A stretch of 40,133 nt of DNA, from contig JAYTBL010000370.1 in assembly GCA_043736975.1 (NCBI GenBank), positions 1 through 40,133 of the forward strand, read 5' to 3'. Positions 29,601-38,780 of this stretch are shown here, one piece after another (the first letter of the stretch is position 1; every line of letters begins with the position of its first letter). A model generated the notes under the pieces. That model worked only from the letters and a program-made list of their open reading frames with translations, searched no databases and was not told where the DNA came from. The DNA is from Polyangiaceae bacterium. Its GTDB lineage: Bacteria > Myxococcota_A > Polyangia > Polyangiales > Polyangiaceae. The position numbers were made by a program, and so were the translations under genes.

Positions 29601-30072
29601 TCCCGAAGTCGATCAGCTTCACGTCGCCCGCGAACGAGAGCACGACGTTCTGCGGGGTCACGTCGCGATGCACGACCTCCCGCTGGTGCGCATGCGCGAG
29701 CGCCTCGCCGATCCCCGCGAAGACGTGGAGCAAGAGATCGAGCGGCATCGGCTCGGACGCCATCGACGTCGCGTCGAACACCTCGCGCAGGTCCACGCCA
29801 TCGACCAGCTCGTAGGCGATGAAATACTGCCCGTCGATCGCCCCGAACTCGAGGACGCGCGCGATGTTCGGATGATCGAGGGTGGCCGCGATGCGGGCCT
29901 CGTCCTCGAACATCGTGACCACCTCTTCGTCCTCCGCCACGCCCGGAAGCAGCCGCTTGATCGCGCAGGTGGTGCCCGTCCGCGTGTCGATCGCGTGGAA
30001 GACCTCGGCCATCCCGCCGATGCTGGGACGCGCGCGCAGCTCGTACGGACCGAAAATGGTGACCTTCCCCAC
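26614..30072 (-). CDS. Membrane Ser/Thr protein kinase with long Pro-rich linker, TM helix and PEGA domains
   Basis: GGMAEVF, AIKR, HRDVTPQN, DFG and GKLGYLSPEQ; TM AGLVVALIVGVFAAMAIAGFFL; PEGA-like LNINSRPASTVLLDGKPLGPTP...AGTHTV. Start at GTG 30072 or 30105. Confidence 0.88.
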   Translation of the reverse strand: MGKVTIFGPYELRARPSIGGMAEVFHAIDTRTGTTCAIKRLLPGVAEDEEVVTMFEDEARIAATLDHPNIARVLEFGAIDGQYFIAYELVDGVDLREVFDATSMASEPMPLDLLLHVFAGIGEALAHAHQREVVHRDVTPQNVVLSFAGDVKLIDFGIAKARGKLSRTGAGRIKGKLGYLSPEQLRGPGGDVDARTDVFSLGICMWELLTLKRLFSSSNEILVLDMIKNQVPEPPSVHRPEIGQSLDRIVLKALAKNTGERYRSARELTKDLDELRSPSPPSLFVAENPLASRADLARTLRQTFGDRSTGSIMESQETRMSDDNKSGSDLDIFEGLGKKSAGRVSAVPPPPPGSASNLPLAAPAPQSGNMQARPDMKRTLMGIPGPAQPPSQNGIPAAPPTTPSSPPVPAASASVPAGRISVPPPLPSQSSGSGSMRAVSQPPASPSKPPPPPGRGSLPNLGGAASSAGSSAASSLAPSQSTMPSTTTLASAGNITPPPATQKIGSGFPPPASTRPAPPPAPPPASNAAAPAAPPAAANASNQESRGKLDMDWDDEDEATHVFDKETRDAQEAAAAAPSAPANGPESRRPEHASMDDILSSPRPSQAPAAGTPPPAVTLTGQFGALGQPRESNGGVPSSQFRSGAPPSQSLRSAPPPPPGGPTSMRGPNPSTTTAPIPPPPPPGQTTTAPMHMPVRQNSAPPPSMPPMQQGQMPQGQGQMPQMQGPHSVPPQQQQHHSQGHQQISQPPMPQMPPVSRAMEQTAVVPRQSSGGKAGLVVALIVGVFAAMAIAGFFLMPRTGTLVVNVADAKGGAVSKIEILVDEKKACDSAPCIVRDVQSGVHQVKVVAQGYEPPAARAVTVESRKDSSIDFALSPSSAARSGGTGIKVSGTQNGVKLIVDGKEYGLLPQELHDLTPGEHKVKILGSERYAAVEKTVDVKQDELTDLGSVALKVLKGKATIQLGTPGARVYLVNGTNRKEVPQFPIAIDFDPNEKWQLEGKMLGMEDYSSPISFDDGQAEKTIVVTLSPRTVGGTMPAMPTMNTSPAVRPPPTFVAPAPKEPVAVADPTPKEPKTPKEPAAAGGEAFLNINSRPASTVLLDGKPLGPTPRVKVSVSAGTHTVLFVNAEESLKKSVSVTVAAGETKAVSAKLRD

Positions 30073-30128
30073 GCAAATCCCGCGCAATCTGACGGAGGCG
30101 CGCACGTTGCGCGCGTCTTAAACGTATC

Positions 30129-32975
30129 TCACTTGGGCGCGGGGGGCGCGGGGGGCGCGGGAGGCGCAACGGCGGAAGGGCTAGCGCCCGAGCCCGAGGC
30201 GGCGGGCTTGTCGGGCGGGGCGAGGGTGGGGCGCCACTTCACGCGCTTCTCCTGGAGGGGGAACCAGACCGACTGCGGGACGATCTCGCTTGCCTCGAAC
30301 ATCGCGCGCGCGCCGGGCGCGGCGGTGCGGAGGAGCCGAACGGAGGCGGCCGGCGCGCTCGCCGCCTGGCCGCCGATGTCGAGCGAGCCGCCGAGGAACG
30401 CGCGGACGTCGCCGGTGACGAGCCCGCGCGAGGAGCAGCCGAGGCGCTCGAGCAGCCTCATCATGCGGTCGGCGGTGGTGGCGTCGGCCTTGTCCTCGGG
30501 GAGGAGCTCGACCCACTGGAGCATGCCGTCCTCGTCGGCGATGCCGACGGCGGAGCGCGCGCCCGGCGCGCCCGGCGCGTCGAGCGCGACGACGTCGGCG
30601 ATGGCGACGCCGGTGGTGGGCACGCCCTTGTCGAGCCCGAAGACATGGCCGCCGATCCAGAGGCGGCGGGCGCCTGCGCCCGCGCCCGCGTCGGCGCCCT
30701 CGGCCGCAGGCTGGCTGCTGCCCCGGCCCGCAGGCGGCCGCTTCTTGTCCTCCGGGGTCGTGGGCACCAGGGCCAAGCGCGCCTTGCCGAACGTCGCGAC
30801 CACCGCAGCGGCGGTCGCTGCGCCCGCGTCGCCTTCGACGGGCGCGGGCGCAGGCGCTCCGGCGGCCCCCATCACCGTGCGCGGATCGATGCGCAGCACG
30901 CGCGCCCGCTTGTCCGTCGCCTCGGGGCCGAGCCGCACGCTGGTGATCGCCACGGCGTACGGATAGCCGTGCTGCGGGAGCCCCTTGACGCGCCAGTTCC
31001 CGCCCTCGCCGTCCATCGGCGAGCCGGGCTCGCCGGTGCCCGCGATGGGCGCTCCCGGCAGCACGGTGCGCGCCGTGAGGTAGAAGAAGTCGCGCGCGTC
31101 GCGGTGGATGTACCGCGGAAAGAGCATGTGCCCCATGCTCTTCACCATGCGCCGCGCGCGGAACTTGAAGTCGGGCAGATCCTTGAAGCCGCCCTCGTAC
31201 TCCCAGTCGGGCTGGAGCGGCCGGCCCAGCGGCTGGAAGTTGGCTGTAGTCTGCACGTTGTAGAACTCGAAGCCAGCGAGGCCCGGGTTCATGTCGAGGT
31301 GGATGCCGAAGGTGCAGCGCGCGACCAGCATCGCGCGACCGAGCGGCTCGGGCCCGATGTCGTTGCCCCAGAAGTAGGCGACGAAGCTCTCCTTGGTGAG
31401 GCACACGCCGCTGCGGGTGGTGTGGATCGCGTCGTGCCAGCCCGGCGGGACGCCGCCCCACCAGGCGCGGCCCCACGGGTTGAACTTGTCCTTCTGGACG
31501 AGCGCCGTCATGTTCTGGCGGAACGAGAGCACCTCGTCCGGCACCTCGGTCTCGCGCGGCCACGCGCCGAACGCGGTGGTGCCGTCGCGCAGCTCCATGA
31601 CCGTCGCGGCGTAGGGCTTGGGCGGGAGGTAGAGCACGCCGTTGGCCTGCATCCCGAACTCGCCGTGCGTGGCCTGGAAGCCGCCGTTGAAGCCGGCGAC
31701 GACGTGCCGGATCACCTCCGGCGTGCGCGGGATCTGCCCGGTGCCGGCCTCGCCGGTGGCGCTGACCGGCTCGACGGTGCCCGCCTCCATGTGGAGCGCG
31801 ATGAGCCGCGGATCCCAGAGCGTGATGTAGACGCGCGTCTGCGGCGCCGCGGGATCGCCGCGCACGAACGTGGTGAGGAAGGGCGCGGGCACGCCGGGGA
31901 TGGGCGTGATGAACGCGTCCTTCTCGAGCGGGATCCACTGGCCCTCGCCGTTGAGCGGCGGCTTGATCATCGGATCGAGCGGCTTGGGCGGCCAGCCGAT
32001 CTCGGGGTCGGAGAAGGTGGCGGGCGGGGAGCCGCCGCTCTCGTGGTTCAGCGCCGCGAGATCCTCCTGCGCGTCCTTCTCGCCGGTGTCGCCGGTGATC
32101 TTCGCGCGCGCGCCCTTCAGCCACTCGAGCGCCGTGAACGTGACCACCTTGAGGATCTGGTTCTTCTCGTCGCCGAACCACGAGACCGCGCGCAGGCGAT
32201 CGCTCATCCACGGCGCGAACGTGAGCGGCTTCGTGACGGTCTCGGGCGTGACGCGCAGGTACGCGGCGCCGTCGACGATGGCCTCGTGCGCGGCGTCGAC
32301 GACCAGGCTGCGCGCCTCGGTCTTGATCTCGAGGGTGCCGTCGCCACGGAACGCGAGCGAGGCGCTCGCGGGCGACGGGACCAGCGCATAGACGGTGCGA
32401 CGCACGCCCTTGCCCTGGCCGGTGCGCTGCCAGTCGGAGACGCTCACCTGGAAGCGTTGGAAGCGCGAGAGCTCCTCGTAGGCGCGGCGCTCCGGGCCGT
32501 CGAGGTCGAGCACGTGCACCGCCTCCGGCCGGCCGTCGACCGAGACGACGTACGCGGCGAGGTTGCCCCTGAGGATGGGCGCGCCCTCGTCGGCGCCGCT
32601 GGTGCGCGTGAGGTTGTGGACGTCGCCGAGGTCGAGAAGGTGCCCTTCGGGCGAGAGGCGGGCGCCCACCATGAAGAGATCGAAGGTGTCGTTCTTGTCG
32701 GACGGCGCGCCGACGTCGGCGGCGTCGACCGCGCGCTCCTTCTGACGACCGCGCACGAGCGCCCGCGCCTGGCCGACCGTCGCACCGGCGACGCCGCCGG
32801 GGCCGTCCACCCAGGTGACGTCTGCTGCTTCGCAGATCACGCCCAGCGGCGGCAGCGCCTTGCAGAGCGCGGCCGAGCGCGTGGGAGCGGCGTCGTCGAC
32901 GGGCGTACGGCCGGCGCGCGAGAGGGCGTACCCTGCGAGAAGCGCGAACGGCATGGGCCTGAGCCAGAGTCTCAT
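30129..32975 (-). CDS. Large hypothetical protein with possible phosphodiester glycosidase (NAGPA)-like domain
   Basis: Long ORF with protein-like composition. VVAGFNGGF, TRSGVC and HLDMNP loosely follow the NGGF / R(T/S)AxG / LDGG pattern of that family. Start uncertain. Confidence 0.55.
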   Translation of the reverse strand: MRLWLRPMPFALLAGYALSRAGRTPVDDAAPTRSAALCKALPPLGVICEAADVTWVDGPGGVAGATVGQARALVRGRQKERAVDAADVGAPSDKNDTFDLFMVGARLSPEGHLLDLGDVHNLTRTSGADEGAPILRGNLAAYVVSVDGRPEAVHVLDLDGPERRAYEELSRFQRFQVSVSDWQRTGQGKGVRRTVYALVPSPASASLAFRGDGTLEIKTEARSLVVDAAHEAIVDGAAYLRVTPETVTKPLTFAPWMSDRLRAVSWFGDEKNQILKVVTFTALEWLKGARAKITGDTGEKDAQEDLAALNHESGGSPPATFSDPEIGWPPKPLDPMIKPPLNGEGQWIPLEKDAFITPIPGVPAPFLTTFVRGDPAAPQTRVYITLWDPRLIALHMEAGTVEPVSATGEAGTGQIPRTPEVIRHVVAGFNGGFQATHGEFGMQANGVLYLPPKPYAATVMELRDGTTAFGAWPRETEVPDEVLSFRQNMTALVQKDKFNPWGRAWWGGVPPGWHDAIHTTRSGVCLTKESFVAYFWGNDIGPEPLGRAMLVARCTFGIHLDMNPGLAGFEFYNVQTTANFQPLGRPLQPDWEYEGGFKDLPDFKFRARRMVKSMGHMLFPRYIHRDARDFFYLTARTVLPGAPIAGTGEPGSPMDGEGGNWRVKGLPQHGYPYAVAITSVRLGPEATDKRARVLRIDPRTVMGAAGAPAPAPVEGDAGAATAAAVVATFGKARLALVPTTPEDKKRPPAGRGSSQPAAEGADAGAGAGARRLWIGGHVFGLDKGVPTTGVAIADVVALDAPGAPGARSAVGIADEDGMLQWVELLPEDKADATTADRMMRLLERLGCSSRGLVTGDVRAFLGGSLDIGGQAASAPAASVRLLRTAAPGARAMFEASEIVPQSVWFPLQEKRVKWRPTLAPPDKPAASGSGASPSAVAPPAPPAPPAPK

Positions 32976-33162
32976 GGGGATCGTCAGGGGAAACGCGCGT
33001 CGGACGGAGGCGCATCCGAGCATAGAGGAAACCGGTCGCCGAGGTGCGTGCTCCTCGGTAGGCACCAAGACAACAAAGTTGGCGTGCGATGGCCAAGAAC
33101 GCGTCGAAAATGCGGGCAACGGCGGTTGGCGGACGTGGCGCGGCCCATGCTACGAAGTTGCT

Positions 33163-33516
33163 ATGACCTGGGCTCGGCACCGTGGCTTCCTGCTCGCGGC
33201 CTTCGTGGCGCTCGCGATGGCGTCGTGCACGACGCCCACGCTGCCGCTGCCGCCGCCCGAGACGCCGTTCGTCTCCGCCGGGTCGGCCCCCGACACGTTC
33301 AAGCTGTCGAGCCTGAACGGCGCGGCGCCGAACGCGCTGGTCCTGGTCGTGAACCGCAACGAGGACCTCCCGGCGAACCAGCGCGTCACCGGCACCATCG
33401 CCGATGCGACGGGCTCGTGGAACGTGGTGGTCATCGCGAGGTCGGGCGACGTGCTCGACATCTCGCAGGAGGCGGGCAGCACGCGCTCACCAGGCATCAC
33501 GATCACGGTCAAGTGA
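33163..33516 (+). CDS. Hypothetical lipoprotein (beta-rich, Ig-like)
   Basis: MTWARHRGFLLAAFVALAMAS-C lipobox, then TLPLPPP and ADATGSWNVVV. Confidence 0.7.
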   Translation: MTWARHRGFLLAAFVALAMASCTTPTLPLPPPETPFVSAGSAPDTFKLSSLNGAAPNALVLVVNRNEDLPANQRVTGTIADATGSWNVVVIARSGDVLDISQEAGSTRSPGITITVK

Positions 33517-33519
33517 GCG

Positions 33520-34950
33520 CTACTGGTGCGCGCGTGGGGCCGAGCCGTTCAGGACCTTGAGGCTCACCTTCTTCTTGCGCGCCGCCGGTGGCGCGTCGTC
33601 CTGATCGTCGATCACGTCGCCCACGAGATCGTAGTCGCTGGCCTGGGTGATCCTCACGCGGCGCATCTGGCCCGGGAGCACCTCGCCGCCCGAGAGGTAG
33701 ACCTGGCCGTCGATCTCCGGCGCCTGGCCGCCGTGGCGACCCATCATCACCAGGTCGTGCTCCTCGCTCGGCCCCTCGACGAGGACGTCGAGCTCGCGGC
33801 CGATCAGCTGCTTGTTCTTCGCGCGCGCGATCTTGCGCTGGAGCGCCATCAGCTTGCGCCAGCGGCTCGCCGCGAGCGCCGGCTTCACCTTGTCGCCGAG
33901 CTCGCTCGAGGCCGCGGTCTCCTCGTCGGAGTAGCGGAACACGCCGACGTGCTCGAAGCCCGCCCACTGCACGAACTCGGTGAGCTCGTCGAAGTCGGCC
34001 TGCGTCTCGCCGGGGTGGCCGACGATGAACGCGGTGCGGAACACCAGCTCCGGGATGCTGGCCCGCATGCGCTCGACGACCCGCTTCTGCCGGTCCTTGC
34101 CGTGCCCGCGGCGCATGCGCTTCAGCATGGCGTCCGAGGCGTGCTGGAGCGGCATGTCGACGTACGGCACCACGCGCGGGTGGTTCGCCAAGAGGTCGAT
34201 GAGCGCGTCGTCGATCTTCTCCGGGTAGAGATAGAAGACGCGCGCCCAGGAAAGGCCCTTCACGTCCGCGACCCGGCGCACCAGCTCGGCGAGCGAGGCG
34301 CGCTCCTCCTTCGAGTGATCGCGCCCGTAGGCGATGGTGTCCTGCGAGATCAGGTTCACCTCGCGCACGCCCTGCGCCACCAGCTGCTCGATCTCGCGCA
34401 CCACGTCACTCACGGGGCGCGAGCGCTGCTTGCCGCGGAACTGCGGGATGGTGCAGAACGCGCAGCTGCGGTTGCAGCCCTCGGCGATCTTCACGTACGC
34501 GCTCGCGGGCTGGCCGGTGATGACGCGCGGATCGCTGGCGCGGATCACCCAGTCGGCGGGGTTGCCTACCAGCATGCGGTCCGCCTTGCCGTCGAGGACG
34601 CCCTTGAGCTTGAGCATGTCGCTCGAGCCGAGGAAGTGGTCGACCTCGGGCATCTGCGCGCTGAGCTCGGTTGGGTAGCGCTGCGAGAGGCAGCCCGTCA
34701 CCACGAGCTTCTTGAGGGTGCCGAGCTTCTTGAGCTCCGCCATCTCGAAGATGGTCTCGATCGACTCCTTCTTCGCCTCGCCGATGAAGCCGCAGGTGTT
34801 GACGACGATGACGTCGGCCTCCTCGGCCTCGGTGGTCAGCTCGAAGTCGCCCGCCGAGCCGCCGAGCGCGACCCCGACCATGACCTCGGTATCGACGCGG
34901 TTCTTGGGGCAGCCGAGGCTGACGAAGTGAATCTTGCGGCTAGGAGGCAT
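33520..34950 (-). CDS. rimO: Ribosomal protein S12 methylthiotransferase RimO
   Basis: FVSLGCPKNRVDTE, VNTCGFI, VTGCL, YVKIAEGCNRSCAFCTIP, YVDMPLQH, APEIDG and a C-terminal TRAM domain (ASDYDL). Confidence 0.96.
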   Translation of the reverse strand: MPPSRKIHFVSLGCPKNRVDTEVMVGVALGGSAGDFELTTEAEEADVIVVNTCGFIGEAKKESIETIFEMAELKKLGTLKKLVVTGCLSQRYPTELSAQMPEVDHFLGSSDMLKLKGVLDGKADRMLVGNPADWVIRASDPRVITGQPASAYVKIAEGCNRSCAFCTIPQFRGKQRSRPVSDVVREIEQLVAQGVREVNLISQDTIAYGRDHSKEERASLAELVRRVADVKGLSWARVFYLYPEKIDDALIDLLANHPRVVPYVDMPLQHASDAMLKRMRRGHGKDRQKRVVERMRASIPELVFRTAFIVGHPGETQADFDELTEFVQWAGFEHVGVFRYSDEETAASSELGDKVKPALAASRWRKLMALQRKIARAKNKQLIGRELDVLVEGPSEEHDLVMMGRHGGQAPEIDGQVYLSGGEVLPGQMRRVRITQASDYDLVGDVIDDQDDAPPAARKKKVSLKVLNGSAPRAHQ

Positions 34951-35067
34951 GCGGACGCGCGGGTGTAGCACGCGACGCCCCGTTCGCCCATGCGGGCTCA
35001 GCGACCGGGCACGTGCGCGCGGCGAATCCCGCCTCGGCGTGCAAGGGAGCGGCGGCGACCGTCGGAT

Positions 35068-35922
35068 TCAGAAGCAGGCGACGTCGTCGTTGGCGCGGTT
35101 CGGCGTGCCCTTGAAGCCGGGCTTCCACACGTCGAACGAGAGGCTCCACCGCGCCCAGTCGCCGCGGACGTTCGTGGGGCAGTCGGAGGGGAAGGAGAGC
35201 GTGCGGCCGGCGACGAGGTTCGAGAAGGCGGGGTAGACAAGGGTGTCGATCACGGTGGCGCCGAGCTTGACGTTGATGGCGTCACCGTCGTTCTTCAGCA
35301 CGTCGACGGCGTCCCACGCGAAGACCTTGCCGGGGAGGGCGTTGTTCTTGAGCGGATCGGCGCTCCCCGCGACGACGAACGCTTCCTTCGGGCCCAGCTC
35401 GAAGTCCTCGCTGATGATGAGGACGTTCGCCGGCGCGGCGCCGCGCGGCGAGTCGACGGTGACGCCCTCGAGCTTCAGCCAACAGGTGCGCGTGCTGCGG
35501 ATCTCGACCCACTCGCCCGCGTCGCTCGAGCCGGCGCGTGACGAGAGGAGGAGCTCGTCGACCTGCAGGTCGCCAGCCTTGAGCGGTCCGTCGCAGTAGG
35601 TCTTGGTGACGGGGCCGCCGTCGGTGCCGCCGTCGAGCGTGGGGCCGCCGCTGTCCTTGGGCGCGGGGCGCTCGGCGGCGCCGAACGCGCCGCTGTCGGG
35701 AACGTTGGTGGGCGTGAGGCCGTCGTCGGAGCTCGTGACGTCCTCGTCGAAGTACTCGTCGCCCGGATCGACGGGCGTGCTCTTCTTTTTGGTGCCGGTC
35801 GCGGGCGCCGCGGACGCGCAGGCCGCGAGGAGCGCCCCCATCAGAAAACCCACGCATACGCGCGAAAAGACCCGCCGCTCGAGCTCATCGAGCTCATCGA
35901 AGCGCCTGGATCGCGGGAGCAT
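35068..35922 (-). CDS. Lipoprotein with lamin-tail-like domain
   Basis: Lipobox LLAA-C, an acidic DGG linker, then GDLQVDELL...GEWVEI...LKNDGDAI...IDTLVY...GTP. Start uncertain. Confidence 0.72.
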   Translation of the reverse strand: MLPRSRRFDELDELERRVFSRVCVGFLMGALLAACASAAPATGTKKKSTPVDPGDEYFDEDVTSSDDGLTPTNVPDSGAFGAAERPAPKDSGGPTLDGGTDGGPVTKTYCDGPLKAGDLQVDELLLSSRAGSSDAGEWVEIRSTRTCWLKLEGVTVDSPRGAAPANVLIISEDFELGPKEAFVVAGSADPLKNNALPGKVFAWDAVDVLKNDGDAINVKLGATVIDTLVYPAFSNLVAGRTLSFPSDCPTNVRGDWARWSLSFDVWKPGFKGTPNRANDDVACF

Positions 35923-35965
35923 CAGTGCCCAGCTGTGTAGCACGGTCTCCTACCCGGGCAAGGCT

Positions 35966-37110
35966 TCAGGCCATCAGCGCCTTGAAGCGGTCGAACAGGT
36001 ACAGCGAGTCGTGCGGGCCCGCGGCGGCCTCGGGGTGGTACTGCACGCTGAAGGCCTTCAGGTCCTTCGCGGCGAGGCCCTCGCTGGTGCCATCGTTGAG
36101 ATGGACGTGCGTGCTCTCGACGTTGCTGGGGAGCGACGCGAGGTCCACGCAGAAGCCGTGGTTCTGCGTCGTGATCTCGATGCGCCCGGTCGCCAGATCC
36201 TTCACCGGCTGGTTGGCGCCGCGGTGGCCGAACTTCAGCTTGTACGTCGTACCGCCCAGCGCGAGCGCGAGGAGCTGGTGACCCAGACAGATGCCGAAGA
36301 TAGGCTTCTTCCCGAGCAGCCCGCGCAAGGTCTCCACCGCGTAGCCGACCGCCGCCGGATCCCCGGGGCCGTTGGAGAGGAAGACTCCGTCCGGCGCGAG
36401 CGCCAGGATGTCCGCGGCGGTGGTCCGCGCGGGTACGACCGTGACCTTGCAGCCCGCGTCGACCAGGCAACGCAGGATGTTCTTCTTCACGCCGTAGTCG
36501 ATGGCGACCACGTGGTGCTCGCGCGTCTTCGCCTTCGGTGCCGCCGCGTGCGCGTCGCCCACGCGCCACGCGCCGCGGCCCTCGGTGAACGCGTACGAGG
36601 CCTTGGGCGAGACCTGATCGACGAGATCGAGCCCGGACATGTCGGGCGCCTTCTTCGCGCGCTCGAGCAGCGCCTCGACCGGGCCGGGGCCGATCGCGCC
36701 GTTCTGAGAGCCGTGATCGCGCAGGTGCCTGGTGAGCTTGCGCGTATCGATCCCGGTGATGGCGACGATGCCGTTCTGCGCGAGGTAGGCGTCGAGCGTC
36801 TGCTCGGAGCGCCAGTTCGAGGCGAGGGGGCTCGCGTCGCGAAGCACGAAGCCCGCGACGTGCGGCTTGCCGTCGATCGACTCGGCATCGGCCGCGTTCA
36901 CGCCGGTGTTGCCGATCTCGGGCGCGGTCATGACCACGAGCTGACCGGTGTACGAGGGGTCGGTGAGCACCTCCTGGTAGCCGGTCATCGTGGTGGTGAA
37001 CACCGCCTCGCCGGTGGTGACGGCGCGCGCCCCGAAGGGCTCGCCCTCGAACACCGTGCCGTCCGCGAGGACGAGGTACGCGCGATCGGTTCGGTCACTC
37101 GAGCTCGAGG

Positions 37111-37114
<4 letters not shown>
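35966..37114 (-). CDS. carA: Carbamoyl-phosphate synthase small subunit
   Basis: GEAVFTTTMTGYQEVLTDPSY, GIDTRKLT, LSNGPGDP, FGICLGHQL, KFGHRGANQP, QNHGF and QYHPEA. ATGA overlap with pyrC. Confidence 0.97.
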
Positions 37115-38433
<1,319 letters not shown>

Positions 38434-38511
38434 CAGGGCCGGACCTAGCATGAGGAACGTACTGGCGGAAGGATGCGCGCCAGCCCAGACGAGGCTAAGC
38501 TCTGGTTCACC

Positions 38512-38778
38512 ATGGCGGACGAAGAATCCAAGCGCATCATCCTCGCCCGCCGCGCCAAGTTCGTGGCCGCGGCGCTGGCCGGCCTGAACGCGGCGATGTG
38601 CGGTGGCGAGACCAGCGAGCCGCAGCCTTGCCTGTCGATCGCCCAGGAGGACGGTGGGTCGCCACAGCCGTGCCTCTCCCCGGCCTTCGATGCGTCGCGT
38701 CCCGACGCCGCTGACGCTGACGCCGAGCCCCAGCCGTGCCTCTCGCCGCCGCCGCCCGACGCCGGCGACGGAGGCTGA
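38512..38778 (+). CDS. Putative radical-SAM-modified precursor peptide/lipoprotein with three PQPCLS repeats
   Basis: 88 aa: MADEESKRIILARRAKFVAAALAGLNAAMC-GGETSE-PQPCLS-IAQEDGGS-PQPCLS-PAFDASRPDAADADAE-PQPCLS-PPPPDAGDGG. It ends 2 nt before the radical SAM gene. Confidence 0.8.
   Translation: MADEESKRIILARRAKFVAAALAGLNAAMCGGETSEPQPCLSIAQEDGGSPQPCLSPAFDASRPDAADADAEPQPCLSPPPPDAGDGG
38620..38745 (+). repeat. Three dispersed 18-bp coding repeats (PQPCLS)
   Basis: ccgcagccttgcctgtcg (38620-38637), ccacagccgtgcctctcc (38662-38679) and ccccagccgtgcctctcg (38728-38745). All differences are synonymous. Confidence 0.9.
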
Positions 38779-38780
38779 GC

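Noticed and set aside
30181-33560. Very long alternative-frame ORFs (30181-33180 minus, 30645-33560 plus); similarly 1022-2893, 3499-5157, 21750-23537, 26608-28653, 33526-34968 and 38445-40109
   Set aside because: These are shadow ORFs of high-GC coding sequence. They are Arg/Ala/Gly-rich, have no motifs and overlap better-supported genes.
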